A stretch of DNA of 64,000 nucleotides from Mobula hypostoma (taxonomy: Eukaryota). This document shows, piece after piece, positions 38,060-51,095 of this stretch. Made by a program: the position numbers and the translations under genes. The notes beneath the pieces were generated by a model. The model made no database searches. It was not told where the DNA came from and saw nothing but the letters and a program-made list of their open reading frames with translations. The stretch lies in NCBI RefSeq assembly GCF_963921235.1, contig NC_086097.1:177880001-177944000 (forward strand), written 5' to 3'. Within the stretch, counting starts at the first letter, position 1. Each line of letters starts with the position of its first letter.

Positions 38060-39477
38060 TTTCGACTTTGAGATACAACATATCAATGGCATGTGTCATG
38101 AAATTTGTTGTTATGTGGCAGCAGTACATTGAAATGCATAATAATAAAAGCAGTAGTTACAGTAATGGGTAGTGGGTAGTGGCTCCATATGTCACTACTA
38201 CAGGGCATGACGACCCTGCCTTACACGAGTCCTGGGCTCAGCTGGCTCCGGCTGACAGTACCCGGTATGGGCCCCTATCCAGGGTTACGGATCCCACTGC
38301 CTTGTGGGTATCTTCAGGAGAAGAGAAGGCTAAGGAGTAAACTCTACACAAATCCGGAGTGGAGCCCCTGAGGTGGTTGGATGACGTATCACGTCACCTC
38401 CCGGCAGCTCCTGCAGCCAAGCTGATGCCAAATGTACTGCTTCGCATTCCTTTGGGCCACATCCGCGAGGCCGAGAGGGGGATCTTGATGTCTGGGCAGC
38501 CCAAGATCTCCATATTCATCGCCCAGGTCTGCAGCCCAAGGGCACATCCATTGTCTACTTAGACAGACGGGGCCATTAAAGTTACAGTAAGCATATATGT
38601 TTAAAAAAAAGTTAAATTAAATAAGAAATGCAAAAAGGGTAAAAGGAGTATTAGTGATGTAGTGTTCCATGGGTTCAATGTCCATTCAGAACTCTAACGG
38701 CAAAGGGGAAGAAGCTATTCCTGAATCATTGAGTGTGTGCCTTCAGGCTCCTGTACCTCCTCTATGATGGTAGCAATGAGAAGAGGGCATGTCCTGGGTG
38801 ATGGGGGGGCTCCTTAATGAAGGCATCGATCCTTGAAGATGTCCTGGGTGATGGGAAGGCTGTTGCCTGTGATGTAGCTGACTGAGTTCACAACTTTCTG
38901 CAGTTTATTTTGATCCTGCGCAGTTCCCCCCCCCACCCCCCCCCCCAATACCATATGGTGATGCAGCCAGTTAGAATCCTCTCCATGGTACATCTGTAGA
39001 AATTTACAAGTGTTTTTGGTGACATACCTAATCACCAGAATCACCTACTAAAATACAGTCACTGCCATGCCTCCTCTCTAACTGCATCAATATGATGGGC
39101 CCAGAACAGATCGTAGGAATTCTACATCCTAGATATTGACACCTAGGAACTTGAAACTGCTCACTCTTTCCACTTCTGATCCCTCGATGAGGTCTGATGT
39201 CTGTTCCCTCAGCTTACCCTTTCTGAAGTCCTTAATCAATTCTTTGGTCTTACGGGCATCGAGTGCGAAGTTGTTTTTGTGACACCACTTGGCCAGCTGA
39301 CCTATCACGTTCCTGTACACCTTCTCGTCACCATTCTGAAATTCTGCCAACAATAGTTGTCAGCAAATTTATAGATGGCATTTGAGCTGTGCTTAGCCAC
39401 ACAGTCATAGGTGTAGAGAGAGTAGAGCAGTGGGCTAAGCACACATCCTTGAGGTGCGCCAGTGTTGATTGTCAGCT
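38060..39477 (-). mobile_element. Rex1/Babar 3' half, interrupted at 38166
   Basis: ORF 39129-39353 KTKELIKDFRK...VERVSSFKFLGV. Confidence 0.85.
38166..38579 (+). mobile_element. Short non-autonomous retroposon, probably bipartite RTE-derived (5' UTR plus 3' end)
   Basis: Perfect 11-bp TSD agttacagtaa (38155-38165, 38580-38590). CpG-rich. 3' end ccattgtctacttagacagacgg resembles RTE-clade termini (from memory). Confidence 0.7.
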
Positions 39478-39794
39478 ATGCCCTCTAGTATTTGATATTT
39501 CTACCCTGAAGAAAAGGTTCTGGTTGTAGTGCACATAAGGTTTGTGAAACAGAAGAAATTGGACTTTCACTGTAACTTGCATAATTTCATGCTGTCGTAT
39601 GATGTTAACACCCAGGGAAATGCCATAGAAATGTGGTAAGTGTGCAGTGGTGGAGACTTGGCACTGTGTACGGAGGAAGCACCATGAGGAACTGGAGTAT
39701 TGTACTGACCAAACTAACCTGAACCTGCCTGCACATGGTCCATGTCCCTCTTTTCCCTGCCTGTTTCACCTGCCTCCCTGCATTCATTTTAAAC

Positions 39795-40090
39795 CCACCA
39801 GCTGTGCCAACTGGAAGGACAAGGGCAGTAAAAGCACAGGGAACACCAGCTGGAAGTTGCCTTCCAAGCCACATACTATCCTGACCTGGAAATATATTGC
39901 CATTCCTTCACAGTCAGTGGCTGAAAATCTTGGCACTCCTTCCCTGAAAGCACTGCAGGTCTACTCACACCTCAGGGACTGCAGTGATGCAAGAAAGCAG
40001 ATCATCATTACCATCCCAAGGGTAATGAGGGATGTGTACTTATATGCTGGCTGAGCCTGTGAAGGCCACATCCCTTCAATGAATATAAAA
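39795..40090 (+). mobile_element. LINE 3' end (CR1/L2-group, unassigned family)
   Basis: PSKPHTILTWKYIAIP..SWxSLP-type C-terminal remnant followed by gaatataaa. Confidence 0.5.
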
Positions 40091-40661
40091 ACAGAAATAA
40101 ATGTTGCTTTCCAGGCACTTACCAGTCCCTGTGTAAAAAAAAAATAAATAAATAAATTGCCCCACGCATCTCTTTTAAACTTTTCACCTAAACCTACTCC
40201 TCCAGCATTTGATGTTATACTGTATACGTCTCTTAGATCCAGATTTTTATTAATGTGATGGGCCAAAGGAGATAACAAGAAACTGCATACAATACGTTGG
40301 GATATGGAGCAAAAATCAAGCTGCTAGAGGAACCCAGTATGTCAGGCACACGAGACAGAAGAGGTTCAGCAGATGATGCAAATCTTGAGCAACACAGAAA
40401 ATATGCTGGAGGAACACAGCAGGTCAGGCAGCAGGCACGGAGGGAAATAAATTATCTATGTTTCAGACCTAGCCCCAATGGAAGATTTCAGCCTGAAATG
40501 TCAGATGTTCATCCCCCTCCACAAATACTGCCCGACCTACTGAGTTGATCCAGCAGCTCGTTTCTGTTTTAATGGAGCTGTGACACCTTGTTTGTTTGCA
40601 GCATGCTGACACAATACGTAAAGTGTCAGGGTCAATTTATAGTGATCCCAGTACTGACGGC

Positions 40662-41382
40662 AAAACATAGAAACATAGAAAACTTACAGCACAGTACAGG
40701 CCCTTTGGCCCACAAAGCTGTGCCGAACATGTCCCTACCTTAGCATACCCATAGCCCTCGATTTTTCTAAGCTCCATGCAGCCATCCAGGAGTCTCTTAA
40801 AAGACCCTATCGTTTCTGCCTCCGCCGCTGCGGACGGCAGCCCATTCCACGCACTCACCACTTTCTGCATTTTAAAAAAAAACTTACCCCAGACATCAAC
40901 TTTGTACCTACTTCTAAGCACCTTAAAACTATGCCCTCTGATGCTAGCCATTTCAGCCCTGGGAAAAAGCCTCTGACTATCAACATGATCAATGCCTCTC
41001 ATTATTTTGTACACCTCTATCAGGTCACCTCTTATCCTCTGTCGCTCCAAGGAGAAAAGGTCGAGTTCTCTCAACCTTTTCTCATAAGGCATGCTCCCCA
41101 ATCCAGGCACAATCCTTGTAAATCTCCTCTGCACCCTGTCTATGGTTTCCACATCTTCCCTGTAGTGAGGCAACCAGAACTGAGCAGAGTACTCCAAGTG
41201 GGGTCTGACCAGGGTCCTATATAGCTACAACATTACCTCTCGGCTTTTAAACTCAATTGCACGGTTGACATAGACCAGTGCACTGTATGCCTTCTTAACC
41301 ATAAGTTCAACCTGCGTAGCAGCTTTGAGTGTCCTATGGACTCAGACCCCAAGATCCCTCTGATCCTCCACACTGCCAAGAC
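40662..41382 (-). mobile_element. Young CR1 3' fragment
   Basis: Uninterrupted ORF 40637-41197 (EYSAQFWLPHY, VQRRFTR, RGDLIEVYKI); aacatagaaacatagaa tail. Confidence 0.9.
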
Positions 41383-41519
41383 TGTGGATACGACTCTCTA
41401 GGATGTCAGTACCATGGAATTGAAATTCAACAGCCCTATCCACAGCTTGGCTGAATTAGCCCCTTTCTAAGCTGTATCATTTGGATTCTGTTCATAGTTC
41501 AAAAATAAATTAATTATCA

Positions 41520-42075
41520 AAAGTTTGAACTAGGTTGGCAGGGGTAGGAGAACCAGAGTAATAGTTCAGAGAATGTGGCGGTTGGTGTAAAGGTAGACAC
41601 AGCATGTAGAGAGACTGTGAGGAAAGATGGGCCTAAATGCAGGCAAATGAATGGATTGAATGTGTCTATTTTAATGTAAGAAGGAACAAGGGCGATGAAC
41701 TTAGAGCATGAATCAGTACATGGAACTACGACATTGTGACCATTACAGAGATTTTGCTGTCACAAGGGCAAGCGTGGCTGCTGGATTTTCCAAGGTTTAG
41801 TTGTTTCAGAAGAGGCAGGTAGGAAGGTAAAAGAGATGAGGGAGTGGCATTGCTATTCAGGGATTGTATCACAGCTGCAGAAAGGGAGGATGTCATGAAG
41901 GTATTGTCCACTGAGTCAGTGTGGGTGGAAGTCAGCAAGAGAAAGGGACCTCTCACTCTACTGGGAGTATTCTATAGACCTTTCCCCCCCCCCCCCCCGC
42001 TCCATAGCATCAGAGACACCAAGGAACAGATTGGGAGGCAGACTTTGGAAAGGTGCAAAAATAACAGGGTTATTG
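41520..42075 (+). mobile_element. CR1 ORF2 endonuclease N-terminal fragment
   Basis: WNYDIVTITE, ESVWVEV, LLGVFYRP remnants. Confidence 0.8.
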
Positions 42076-42715
42076 AGATGTCCTTCTTTTCAGCTTTCTA
42101 TCTAACTCCTTATATTCTCTCCTCAGAACCTCTTCCCTTTTCCTACCTATATCACTGGTGCCAATATATACCATGACTGCTCACCCTTCCATTTTACAAT
42201 GCTGTGGACCCAATCCGAAACATCCCGAGCCCTGGCCCCTGGGGGGTTAACATGTCATCGTGGTGTCCACAGAATCTGCTGTCTGATGAGTTGTAAGATG
42301 AGGGGGAGGGGCATAACTTAAGGTGTTGGGAGGAAAGTATAGTGGCCAAGTCTGACACAGTTTTTTTTACACACACAGTGGCAGGTGCATGGAATGCACA
42401 TCCAGGGGTGGTGGTAGAGTCAGATACATACATTAAGGTCATTTAAGAGACTCTTACTTAGGGACAAAGAGGAAAGAAAAATGGAGTGCTATGTGGGAGG
42501 GAAAGGGCAGATTAATCTTGGAGTAAGTTAAAGGGTCAGCACCATGGGCCAAATGGCCTGTTATGGGGATGAAATTGGATTGCTGTACTAGCAGCTGGCG
42601 CAATGCTCCAACAATGGTGTGATTGCAAGTAAACAGATTGCAGGAGAGAATGGCAATGATTAATCAATGTCATTTGAAATTAAGGAAGTATATTGGAAAT
42701 TTATTGTTTTGCAGC

Positions 42716-42946
42716 ATCAGCACAGCGCCAGACTCCGGAGCGAAGGCTCCCGAGTTCAAATCCAAGCCGGGCCACCCCCGAGCACGCTTTCCATCCATGC
42801 CGGGTTGAGTGTCGAGCTAGCCACTCGGCCTCGTAAAAAGAGTACAAGGGTCGAGTCAGGAATGTTCACATCGTGACCTGGTTAATCCTGACACCACATG
42901 CCAGACAAGAATGGCTGACTATCTGGTGCGACATGCTTTAAAAAAA
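42716..42946 (+). mobile_element. tRNA-derived SINE inserted in a Rex1 tail
   Basis: Pol III B-box gagttcaaatcc, CpG-rich body, A-rich end. Interrupts host ttgttttgcagca|gtacagggcaaag. Confidence 0.65.
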
Positions 42947-43143
42947 GTACAGGGCAAAGACATAACAATCTATAAATTTAAAAAGTAAATTAACAACAGA
43001 GAAAAGGAATAATGAGGTGGTTCATAGCTTTGTGGACCATTCAGAAATCTGATGATGGAGGGGAAGAAGTTGTTTCTGAGTCAAAGAGTGTGGGTCTTCA
43101 GGCTCCTGTACTTCCCCTCCGATGACCTGTCCTGGATGGTGAG

Positions 43144-44301
43144 CTATGTTCCCTACATTTTTCAACCAGTGCACAAAGGAAATTAATGTGCGCACAAAAG
43201 GTTAGTTACCTAAAATAATGTAGTAATTAATAATTATACTTATTGAAAATAATCTTTTAGGTCAATGTTTTTGTTGACTAGTTAGTCGGTTTTTCAAATA
43301 CCACAATGCACGTCACGTCACCTTTCCTGTTCCGGTTTGTACAGCTGCATCACAGCAGCAGCTGTCTTTGGCGGACAGTATTCATATCATAAAGTTTACA
43401 AAGATCCGTTTCAAATCCTGTAGATAGCTTACTAAGTTTTTATTGAAAAAAATATTGATTCACTATGTTGAATTCAAAAGAAGCGAAGGGCGTGAAGCGC
43501 AAAAGAACTGTAAATTTGTTTAAAGTTGAATGGCTTAACACAATAGTAAAAACAGCGCATTTGGACAGTGTACAAAAGCTCAGGCAACAGAACCCATCAT
43601 TACCTGTTACAGGAGTGCTATGCATATTACAGTTGAGTGCAGATGAGCAAGAGCGAAAATGATCAAATCCAGAGGTACAAGAATGGTCAGCTTTTGATTT
43701 CTCCGCAATTGCAGATTGTGACTTCACATTTGGCGATGGACAAGTTAATGCCTTATGTCTAAAATATCATGATTTTCTAGATAAAAATACTGTAATAGTT
43801 AGACAGCTTAATGATTTCAAATTTTCCGCGCAAGTAACTTTGTTCCAATGGTGGCATTTGTACTTCAAAATGAACAGTTTTGTGACCTTGCACAGTTGAT
43901 GGACATTGGAGGAACCTTTCTTGCATCTAGTGCGGACTGTGAGCGAGGTTTTAGCCTGATTAATCAACTCAAAAACAAGCTGAGAAACCATTTAGGTGAA
44001 TGTCATTTGGATATGTTAATGAGAATCAAAAGCTATCAATTGGATGGAAGTTCTATTAGTCTAGATAGAGTTTACAAAGAATGGGTAAATGCCAAAGACA
44101 GAAGAGAGAAAAAATAACTGAGTGACTTAAATATGTATGTTATTTTGTTGTTATTCTGTGCAGTTTTTTGTCAAATATTTTGTAAACCTACATAAACTGT
44201 CCCATGTGTGCATTCAGTGCGCACATACTTTTGTCACAGGAAAAAAATTTGCACAAAAGATTTCTGCGCACACTGACTACTAAAAATTAGAGGGAACATT
44301 G
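43144..44301 (+). mobile_element. hAT DNA transposon, internally deleted
   Basis: 8-bp TSD atggtgag (43136-43143, 44302-44309). TIRs ctatgttccct / agggaacattg. ORF 43848-44117 has the hAT dimerisation motif SSADCERGFSLINQLKNKLRNHL. Confidence 0.93.
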
Positions 44302-45419
44302 ATGGTGAGATCCTTTGTGACAGATGCTGCTTTCTTGAAGGTGTCATCGATGGTGGGGAAGGTCGTGCTTATGATGGAGCTGCGTTGGTCTGTTACGCTC
44401 TGCAGCCTCTGGTGAACTGTGCATTGAAATCTCCATACCAGGGTGAGATACAATTAGTCAGAATGCTCTCCACTGTACATCTACAGAAATCTGTAACTGA
44501 CTTTGGTGACATGCAATATCTTCTCAAACTCCTAAGAGTTAGGTGTGCCTTCTTTGTGACTGTATCAACCTGCTGGGCCCAGGATAGGTGTTGATGTTCA
44601 GGAATGTGAAACTGTTTGTTCTTTCTGCTGCTGACCCCCCCCCCCCCAACAAGTGAAAGAGGGCTGGTGTGTACTCCCCTGAAATCCCCTTTCTGAAGTT
44701 GTCCCCTGGTCCAAGATTCACATCAGAGAAATTCTTTAAAACACAAGGCACTGAGGCCTTCAGAGAGTGAAAGGTGTTATATTCTTTGTACCCAGAAAAT
44801 AATTATAATATGGAACTCACTGTCCTTGTAGGTGTGGAAACAGTCAATGAAATACTTCAAAAGAAATTTGATTGATCATTGGTGAGAGTGTTTTAGAGAA
44901 AGTATGGGTCACCGGACTAATGTTATTGATCTATCAGTAGCTGGCTCAGAATTATTGGGTCCAGTGTCCTATGCTGTAACAATTCTATGACTGCAACTTG
45001 AAGAGAGTGCAGGATAGGATGGTGATGATTGACCGTAGTTGAAATTAAACTAGACAGCCAAGCAAAAGGGGAAGAACAAGGTACCATTGTTGTTGCTGTT
45101 ATTATCAAGTGAAAAAGATTTGCATCAACTGCTGCCCTGTTGGTTTGCTTCAATGAAATGAGCCTTGATTACATTATTGGCACAGGAGGCTAAGTCCTGG
45201 ATTACAAACTGGAGGCACAGTTTCAAACCATGCCATGGCAAATAATTTAAATTCAATTAATGGATGTAGTCTTAAATAAATAAGTTCATATCTATAATGG
45301 ACCATGAAACTACTGGATTTCTGGAAACCCTATCCGATTTATTAATACCCTGCAGGGAAGGAAAATAGCCAACCTTACCAGTCTGATCTACAAGTAACTC
45401 CAGACCCACAACAATGTGG

Positions 45420-46100
45420 CTAGAGACACAAGGGACTGTTGATGCTGGAATCTGAAGAAACAAACAATCTGCTAGAGGATCTCAGCAGGTCAAACAGTTT
45501 CTGTAGAGATTGGAGGGAGTGGGGGGGGAGATGTCACAATCATGCATCAGGGCTCAAAATGGAGAGGCGAGATGGCCAGTATAGAGGAAGGGGAACGGTG
45601 AAGCAGGATTCCGACATGATTGGTGGATGGAGGAGGGAGTAAGATGGCTAGTGAGTTGAACCAGGTAGAGTAGGAAAGCAGGGCAGGAGTTGGGAGATAA
45701 TGGCAGATGAATGATAGATGGATGCAGAAAAAGGAAAGGGAAAAGATAAATATTGAGACCCAGGGACCAAGGTAAGGGGAGGGGAGAGTGAGGTTGGAGT
45801 CAGTTGCTGAATGGAGATAGGCAGGAACACAACGGGCTCCCGGTGCTGGAATCTGATAAGTAAGGGAGATTGGAATGGAACCATTAGGGGAGAGGTATAT
45901 GGTAGATGGATGGCGAGGGGTGAACAGACTAGGGAGTTACAGTGGAAATGCTCCCTCCAGAAGGTGGAAAGGGGTGGAGAAGAGAAGATATGGCTGGTGG
46001 TGGGATCTCATTGCAGATGATACAAATGACAAAGGTTGTTATGCTGGATGTGATGTTTCTTGGAGTGAAAAGTGAGGATAGGGGAACTATCTCTGTTCTG
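45420..46100 (-). mobile_element. Old PLE fragment
   Basis: gatgctggaatctg...ctagaggatctcagcaggtc. 45940-46100 parallels PLE sequence at about 9690-9835. Confidence 0.6.
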
Positions 46101-46539
46101 TTTTGACTGTGGCTGGCAATTAACTCTGTGGTAACAATTTGCTTTCAACATCTTTAGGAAGTGGCTCACCAGCAACTTCCTGGGAAAATTAGGAAGGGAC
46201 AATAAACACTGGATACCTAATGAACAGATTTAAAAATAGAACTTTATTAATTTGGGCCAGAGATTTTGTAGAGTACTAGCTCAGCTTGGCTGGAAGGACT
46301 AATAAAGTACATGTGTGGAAAACACAAATACCTGGTTGAGAGCTGGTTATACTTTAATTATTGTAACTGTTCTGCAAGAAAGTTTATGACAGTGAGTTGG
46401 TCCATTAAAACAGAATGCTTCTACTTATTGATGCATTTGTCTGCCATGAGATCCCAATGTACAGTTGCTACTGTGGATACTTTGATTCATAGTTTCTATT
46501 GTTACAATGCAGGAGATGGAACATCAAAGCAAATTCAGA

Positions 46540-47670
46540 ATTGGGTTTAACATGGCTGACTTTGATGTAAAAAATAGTTGTTTTGTGGCAGCAAGACAAT
46601 GTAAAGGCAGCAAATTACAATAAATTACAAACATAAATAGTGCATAAATAAAAGGAATAATAAGGTCATGTTCCTGAGTTCATGAACCATTCAGAATTGA
46701 TTTGAATTGAATTCACTTATATACATGAGTAAAATTCTTTGTGTTATGTCTCCATTCAAATGTGCAATATGCAATTATAGTAATTTATAATAAATATTAT
46801 GCACAACAGGATAGTCAATATAACATAGGAATACAGTTGTGTCAGCATGAGTTAAGCAGTCTGATGGCTGGTGGAAGAAGCTGTCCCGGAGCCTGTTGGT
46901 CCTGGCTTTTATGCTGCGGTACTGTTTCCTATATGGTAGCAACTGGAACAGCTTATGGTTGGGATGTTTTGGGTCCCCAGTGATCCTTCAGGCCCTTTTT
47001 ACACATCTGTCTTTGTAAATGTCCTGAATAGTGGGAAGTTCACATCTATAGATGCACTAGGCTGTCGGCATCACTCTCTGCAGAGTCCTGCGATTGAGGG
47101 AAGTACAGTTCCCATACCAGGCAGTAATGCAGCCAGTCAGGATGCTCTCAGTTGTGCCCCTGTAGAAAGTTCTTAGGATTTGGCGGCCTATACCAAACTT
47201 CTTAAACCATCTGAGGTTAAAGAGGCACTGTTGTGTCTTTTTCTCCACACAGCTGGTATGTGCAGACCATGTGAGATCCTCGGTGATGCTTTTGCTGAGG
47301 AACTTAAAGCTGTTCACCCGCTCAACCCCAGATCCATTGATGTCAATAGGGGCTAGCCTGTCTCCATTCCTCCTGTAGTCCACAACCAGCTCCTTTGTTT
47401 TCGTGACGTTGAGGGAGAGGTTGTTTTCTTGAAACCACTGTGTTAGGGTGATGACTTCTTCTCTGTTGGCTGCCTCATTATTATTTGAGATTAGGCCAAT
47501 CAGTGTAGTTTCATCAGCAAATTCAATTAGCAGTTTGGAGCTGTGAAATCTGATGGTGAAAAGGAAGATCTTCCAGAATCATTGACTGTGGGTCTTCAGC
47601 CTCCTGTACATCCTCCCCAGTGGTAGTACCAGAAGAGGACATGTCCCATATGGTGAAGTCCTTAGTGATG
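46540..47670 (-). mobile_element. Nested Rex1/Babar fragments (46700-47545 inside an older 3' end)
   Basis: ORF 47057-47383 VERVNSFKFL...ESILTGCITAWYG. Confidence 0.85.
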
Positions 47671-48059
47671 GAGAGAGTTAGACATGGACGAGTATAGAGC
47701 TACATCATGAATGCTGCTAGCATTGGGACTATTGTACTCCCAAAGCAACATGGTTGAAAAATCCAAAGATGACAGCTGAGAAGTTGAATTTAAGTAATTA
47801 AATATTTTTTTTAAATGGAGATCCTGAAAACCCACACGTGTTGTTACTTAATAAAGAAACATCTGTTCTCCATGAAGGAAATATGAACATTTAAATTGGA
47901 AGCAGAAATCTTGAGCCTGGTCCAACATTTAGTAAGATCGTAGCTGCTCTGGTTGTAACCTCCATTTTACTCTCCTATGTACCTCAGCAATCTTTTGTCC
48001 TTATCAAGGATCTATTTAACTCCTCCTTAATAAATATTCACAGACTGCTCACGGCTTTG

Positions 48060-48410
48060 ATGAAGGGCAGCTCGCAGATCCAATGATCCAGGTTTAATCC
48101 TGACCTCGGGCATTGATTGTGTGTAGTCCGCTGTCTGCTGTCTGCTGTCCTCCCTGTGATCATGTGGGATTCTCCCAGGCGCTTTGGTTTCCTCCTGCAT
48201 TCCATAGATGTGTGGGTTGGTAGTTTAATTGGCTGCTGTGAATTGCACCTGGTACATAGATGAATGTTGGAACCTGTGGGAGTAAATTGGTGGGAACGTG
48301 GAGAGAATTAAAAATAGGATTAATATAGGATTGGTGTAAATGGTTAATCGATGGCACGGTGTTGGTGGGCTGAAGGGCTTGTCTTCCTGCTGTATCACTC
48401 GATAACTCTG
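48060..48410 (+). mobile_element. V-type (HE1-like) SINE
   Basis: B-box-like ggtttaatcc; gtgggattctcccaggcgctttggtttcctcc V-domain-like core; CR1-like tail. Confidence 0.7.
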
Positions 48411-48764
48411 TCTAACATAATTCTAAAGACGTGAACTTCAGAGAGAAATGGAAATAATCTCTTCATTGTCTTAAATGAGCAACCTTTAATTTTTAAACAG
48501 TAAATTTCATAAGAGAAAACATCCTCTCCTGGACTTTAGGACAAATGCCATCATCCTTTCCTCCTGTTTTCACTCGGTCTGGTTCAGGGGTAATTAGGAA
48601 TGGCAATCAATGCAAGCCATATGAGTGAGATTCTTGGCCTATGAACAAGTAAATGTGGTCAGCAAGAAATCCATATGGAACTTGAAGGAAATGCCTATGC
48701 CCAGGGAAGGGGAAGAATTTAATAATAATAATAATAACTTTTCAAGCAAACAATGATTCAAAAA

Positions 48765-49070
48765 GGATCTTGTACTTTCCCGGCACCTATGATAAATAAA
48801 CTCTTCTTGGGCTTCCAGCCAGGTATAGGTATTGATTTTGACCAGCAGGTCAATGATAAATTCTGTCATCTTCGTCAGAGATGATGCTTGGGCATGTCTA
48901 GTCCAGTGTATACCCCCATCGTCCATCCCTCCTGATTGATTAATCCCCATCCAATCAGGTTTCTGCTCTCCCACCTTGTTTACAATAGAATTCCAGTTCT
49001 CACTTAGAGTGAGACCTTTGCCTTTGTTAAAATTCTTTTCTTCTAGTTTTATTTCAATACCGTTCACTAA
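48765..49070 (-). mobile_element. 3' fragment of a second Penelope lineage
   Basis: IEIKLEEKNFNKGKGLTLSENWNSI resembles a GIY-YIG C-terminus; downstream ctgacgaag hammerhead-like core on -. Confidence 0.65.
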
Positions 49071-49630
49071 AGACATGGTTAAATAAATAGGTTTTGAGCT
49101 GGTGTTTAAAAATGTCAACTGAATTTGCATCTCTCATAGTTTTAGTTAATGAGTTCCACAGTTTACGAGCATAGTTCAAAATGCTGACCTGCCAATTATC
49201 TTTTGAAAGAGATTGTTTAAATTTAGGAGATTGGCGGAAGAAGATCTGAGAGCTCAAGTGGGTTCAAAGAAAGCGATTCTGTGATGTACTCTGAGCCCAG
49301 ACAATCGAGAGCTTTAAAAACAAGTAAGAGAACTTTAAAATCAATTCTAAAAGATACAGAAGCCAATGCAGATCAGTTAGGATGGGAATGATGTGCTCCC
49401 TTGTGTTTTAGTTAGAAGTCTAGCAGCGACATTCTAAATGAGTTGAAGTTTGTCATTGGATTGCTTTGGAAAGCCAGTAAAAGTATATTGCTGCAATCCA
49501 GTCTACTTGATAAAAAGGCTTGAATTAGTTTTTCAGCATCATTACGTGACAGAAACAGACACATCTTTGCAATATGTCTCAAGTGCAGAAATACTGCTCT
49601 GGTCACTTTCTTTTTGTGGGATTTCAAAAC
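49070..49630 (-). mobile_element. L2 LINE 3' fragment
   Basis: FLHLRHIAK..DAEKLIQAFLSSRLD and ARKLWNSL..FKHQLKTYLF. Confidence 0.85.
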
Positions 49631-50884
49631 TTGTTCTAATGGAGAACAAGGATAGGAGAGGTTTAGAGGGATATGAGTCAAACATAGACAAATGGGACTG
49701 ACTAGCTTAAATAGAAACCTTGGTCAGCATGGACCGAATTGGACTTGCTTTCAAGGACTCTTCATCTCATGTTCTGGATACTTATTGCTTATTTATTGAT
49801 GATTATTAATATTTTTTTCTTTTTGTATTTGTGCAGTTTGTAGGGTTTTTTTTGCACATTGGTTATTGTCCATCCTGTTGCGTGCAGTCTTTCATTGATT
49901 CTATTGTATTTACTGTGATTGCCTATAAGAAAATAAATCTCTGGGTTGTATATGATGACATATATGTACTTTGATAATAAATTTACTTTGAACTTTGGAT
50001 GAATTGGGCCTACTATTTCCGTACTGTAGGACTTTATGATGCTAAGTGTTTTGAGGAGAAGCAGGTGTGGGATATGCTGATGGAGTTGGAGTGACAGGAT
50101 GGGACAAGCTCCTAGCATAGGAGTGGATGGACCAAATAGCCTGTTCTGTCCTGGACATTCAATGTAATATGTTAAGTCACTTCTCCTGTATTGCTGTGAT
50201 AAGCGATGGGCCATACACATAGTTATTGAGGTGGAAATATTGTAGTAGATTGATCACATAATTACCAAACTGCTTTTAGATTTTTGATATTTGTCTTTGC
50301 AATTACAATGTATGAAATATGTGGCCATTATTACTCTGTGTGGTCACATAATTACCTTCTTGGTTTAGTATTAATGCAAGGGATAGGACTGAGGGGAAAT
50401 GCAGGGAAAGCCAGAAGCTTATTGTACCTTAATCAATCTTTCTTCTCAAAATTTAATTCAACCTTACAACTTATTCATTGTTAATTGTGATACACTTTGT
50501 AAACATGCTACTTTCATTTTATTACAATCCTGTGGTCAATGAACAACAGAATACTAGTTGCTGCATATATACCATCCATTGTTCTATATTATATCCTTAG
50601 TTTTCATTGCACTGTTGAGAAACCACCGTTACTTTTATTGCTATATTGTATCATTGCTATTCATTATGTTACGATTGGATGACTTTGTTTTCTGATTGTT
50701 ATGATACAAATTGTTCTGTAATGCTTTACTACACTAAATATTTAAACATGAATGCAAGTTGGTGCAATGAAGTGAACCAGGAGTTCTGCATTGTTTTTAT
50801 CATTATCTTTTGCTCACTGTTGGTACCTTGATTGTCAATTCCTGCCTTTTGAAGTTAAGAATCTGGTTCTTTGGTACACAAATT

Positions 50885-51095
50885 AACAAGCTGCAGATGC
50901 TGGAAACTTGAAAGAAAACCAGAAAACACTGGAAACACTTGGCAGGTCAGACAGTATCTGTGGAGAGAGGAATGGAGTGAATACTTCAGGTCAAAGGCCC
51001 TTCCGCTTTGTGAAAAAGAAAGAAATATTAGTTTTGTTTTTCTCTCTCCAAGATGCTACCTGACCTGCTACATGTATCCAGCTCTGTCTGGTTTC
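50885..51095. mobile_element. Older hairpin-shaped PLE derivative
   Basis: gcaggtcagacagtatctgtggagagag / ctctctccaagatgctacctgacctgc inverted arms. Confidence 0.65.

Noticed and set aside
42730..42775. tRNA gene
   Set aside because: Only a B-box, no cloverleaf; it is a SINE head.
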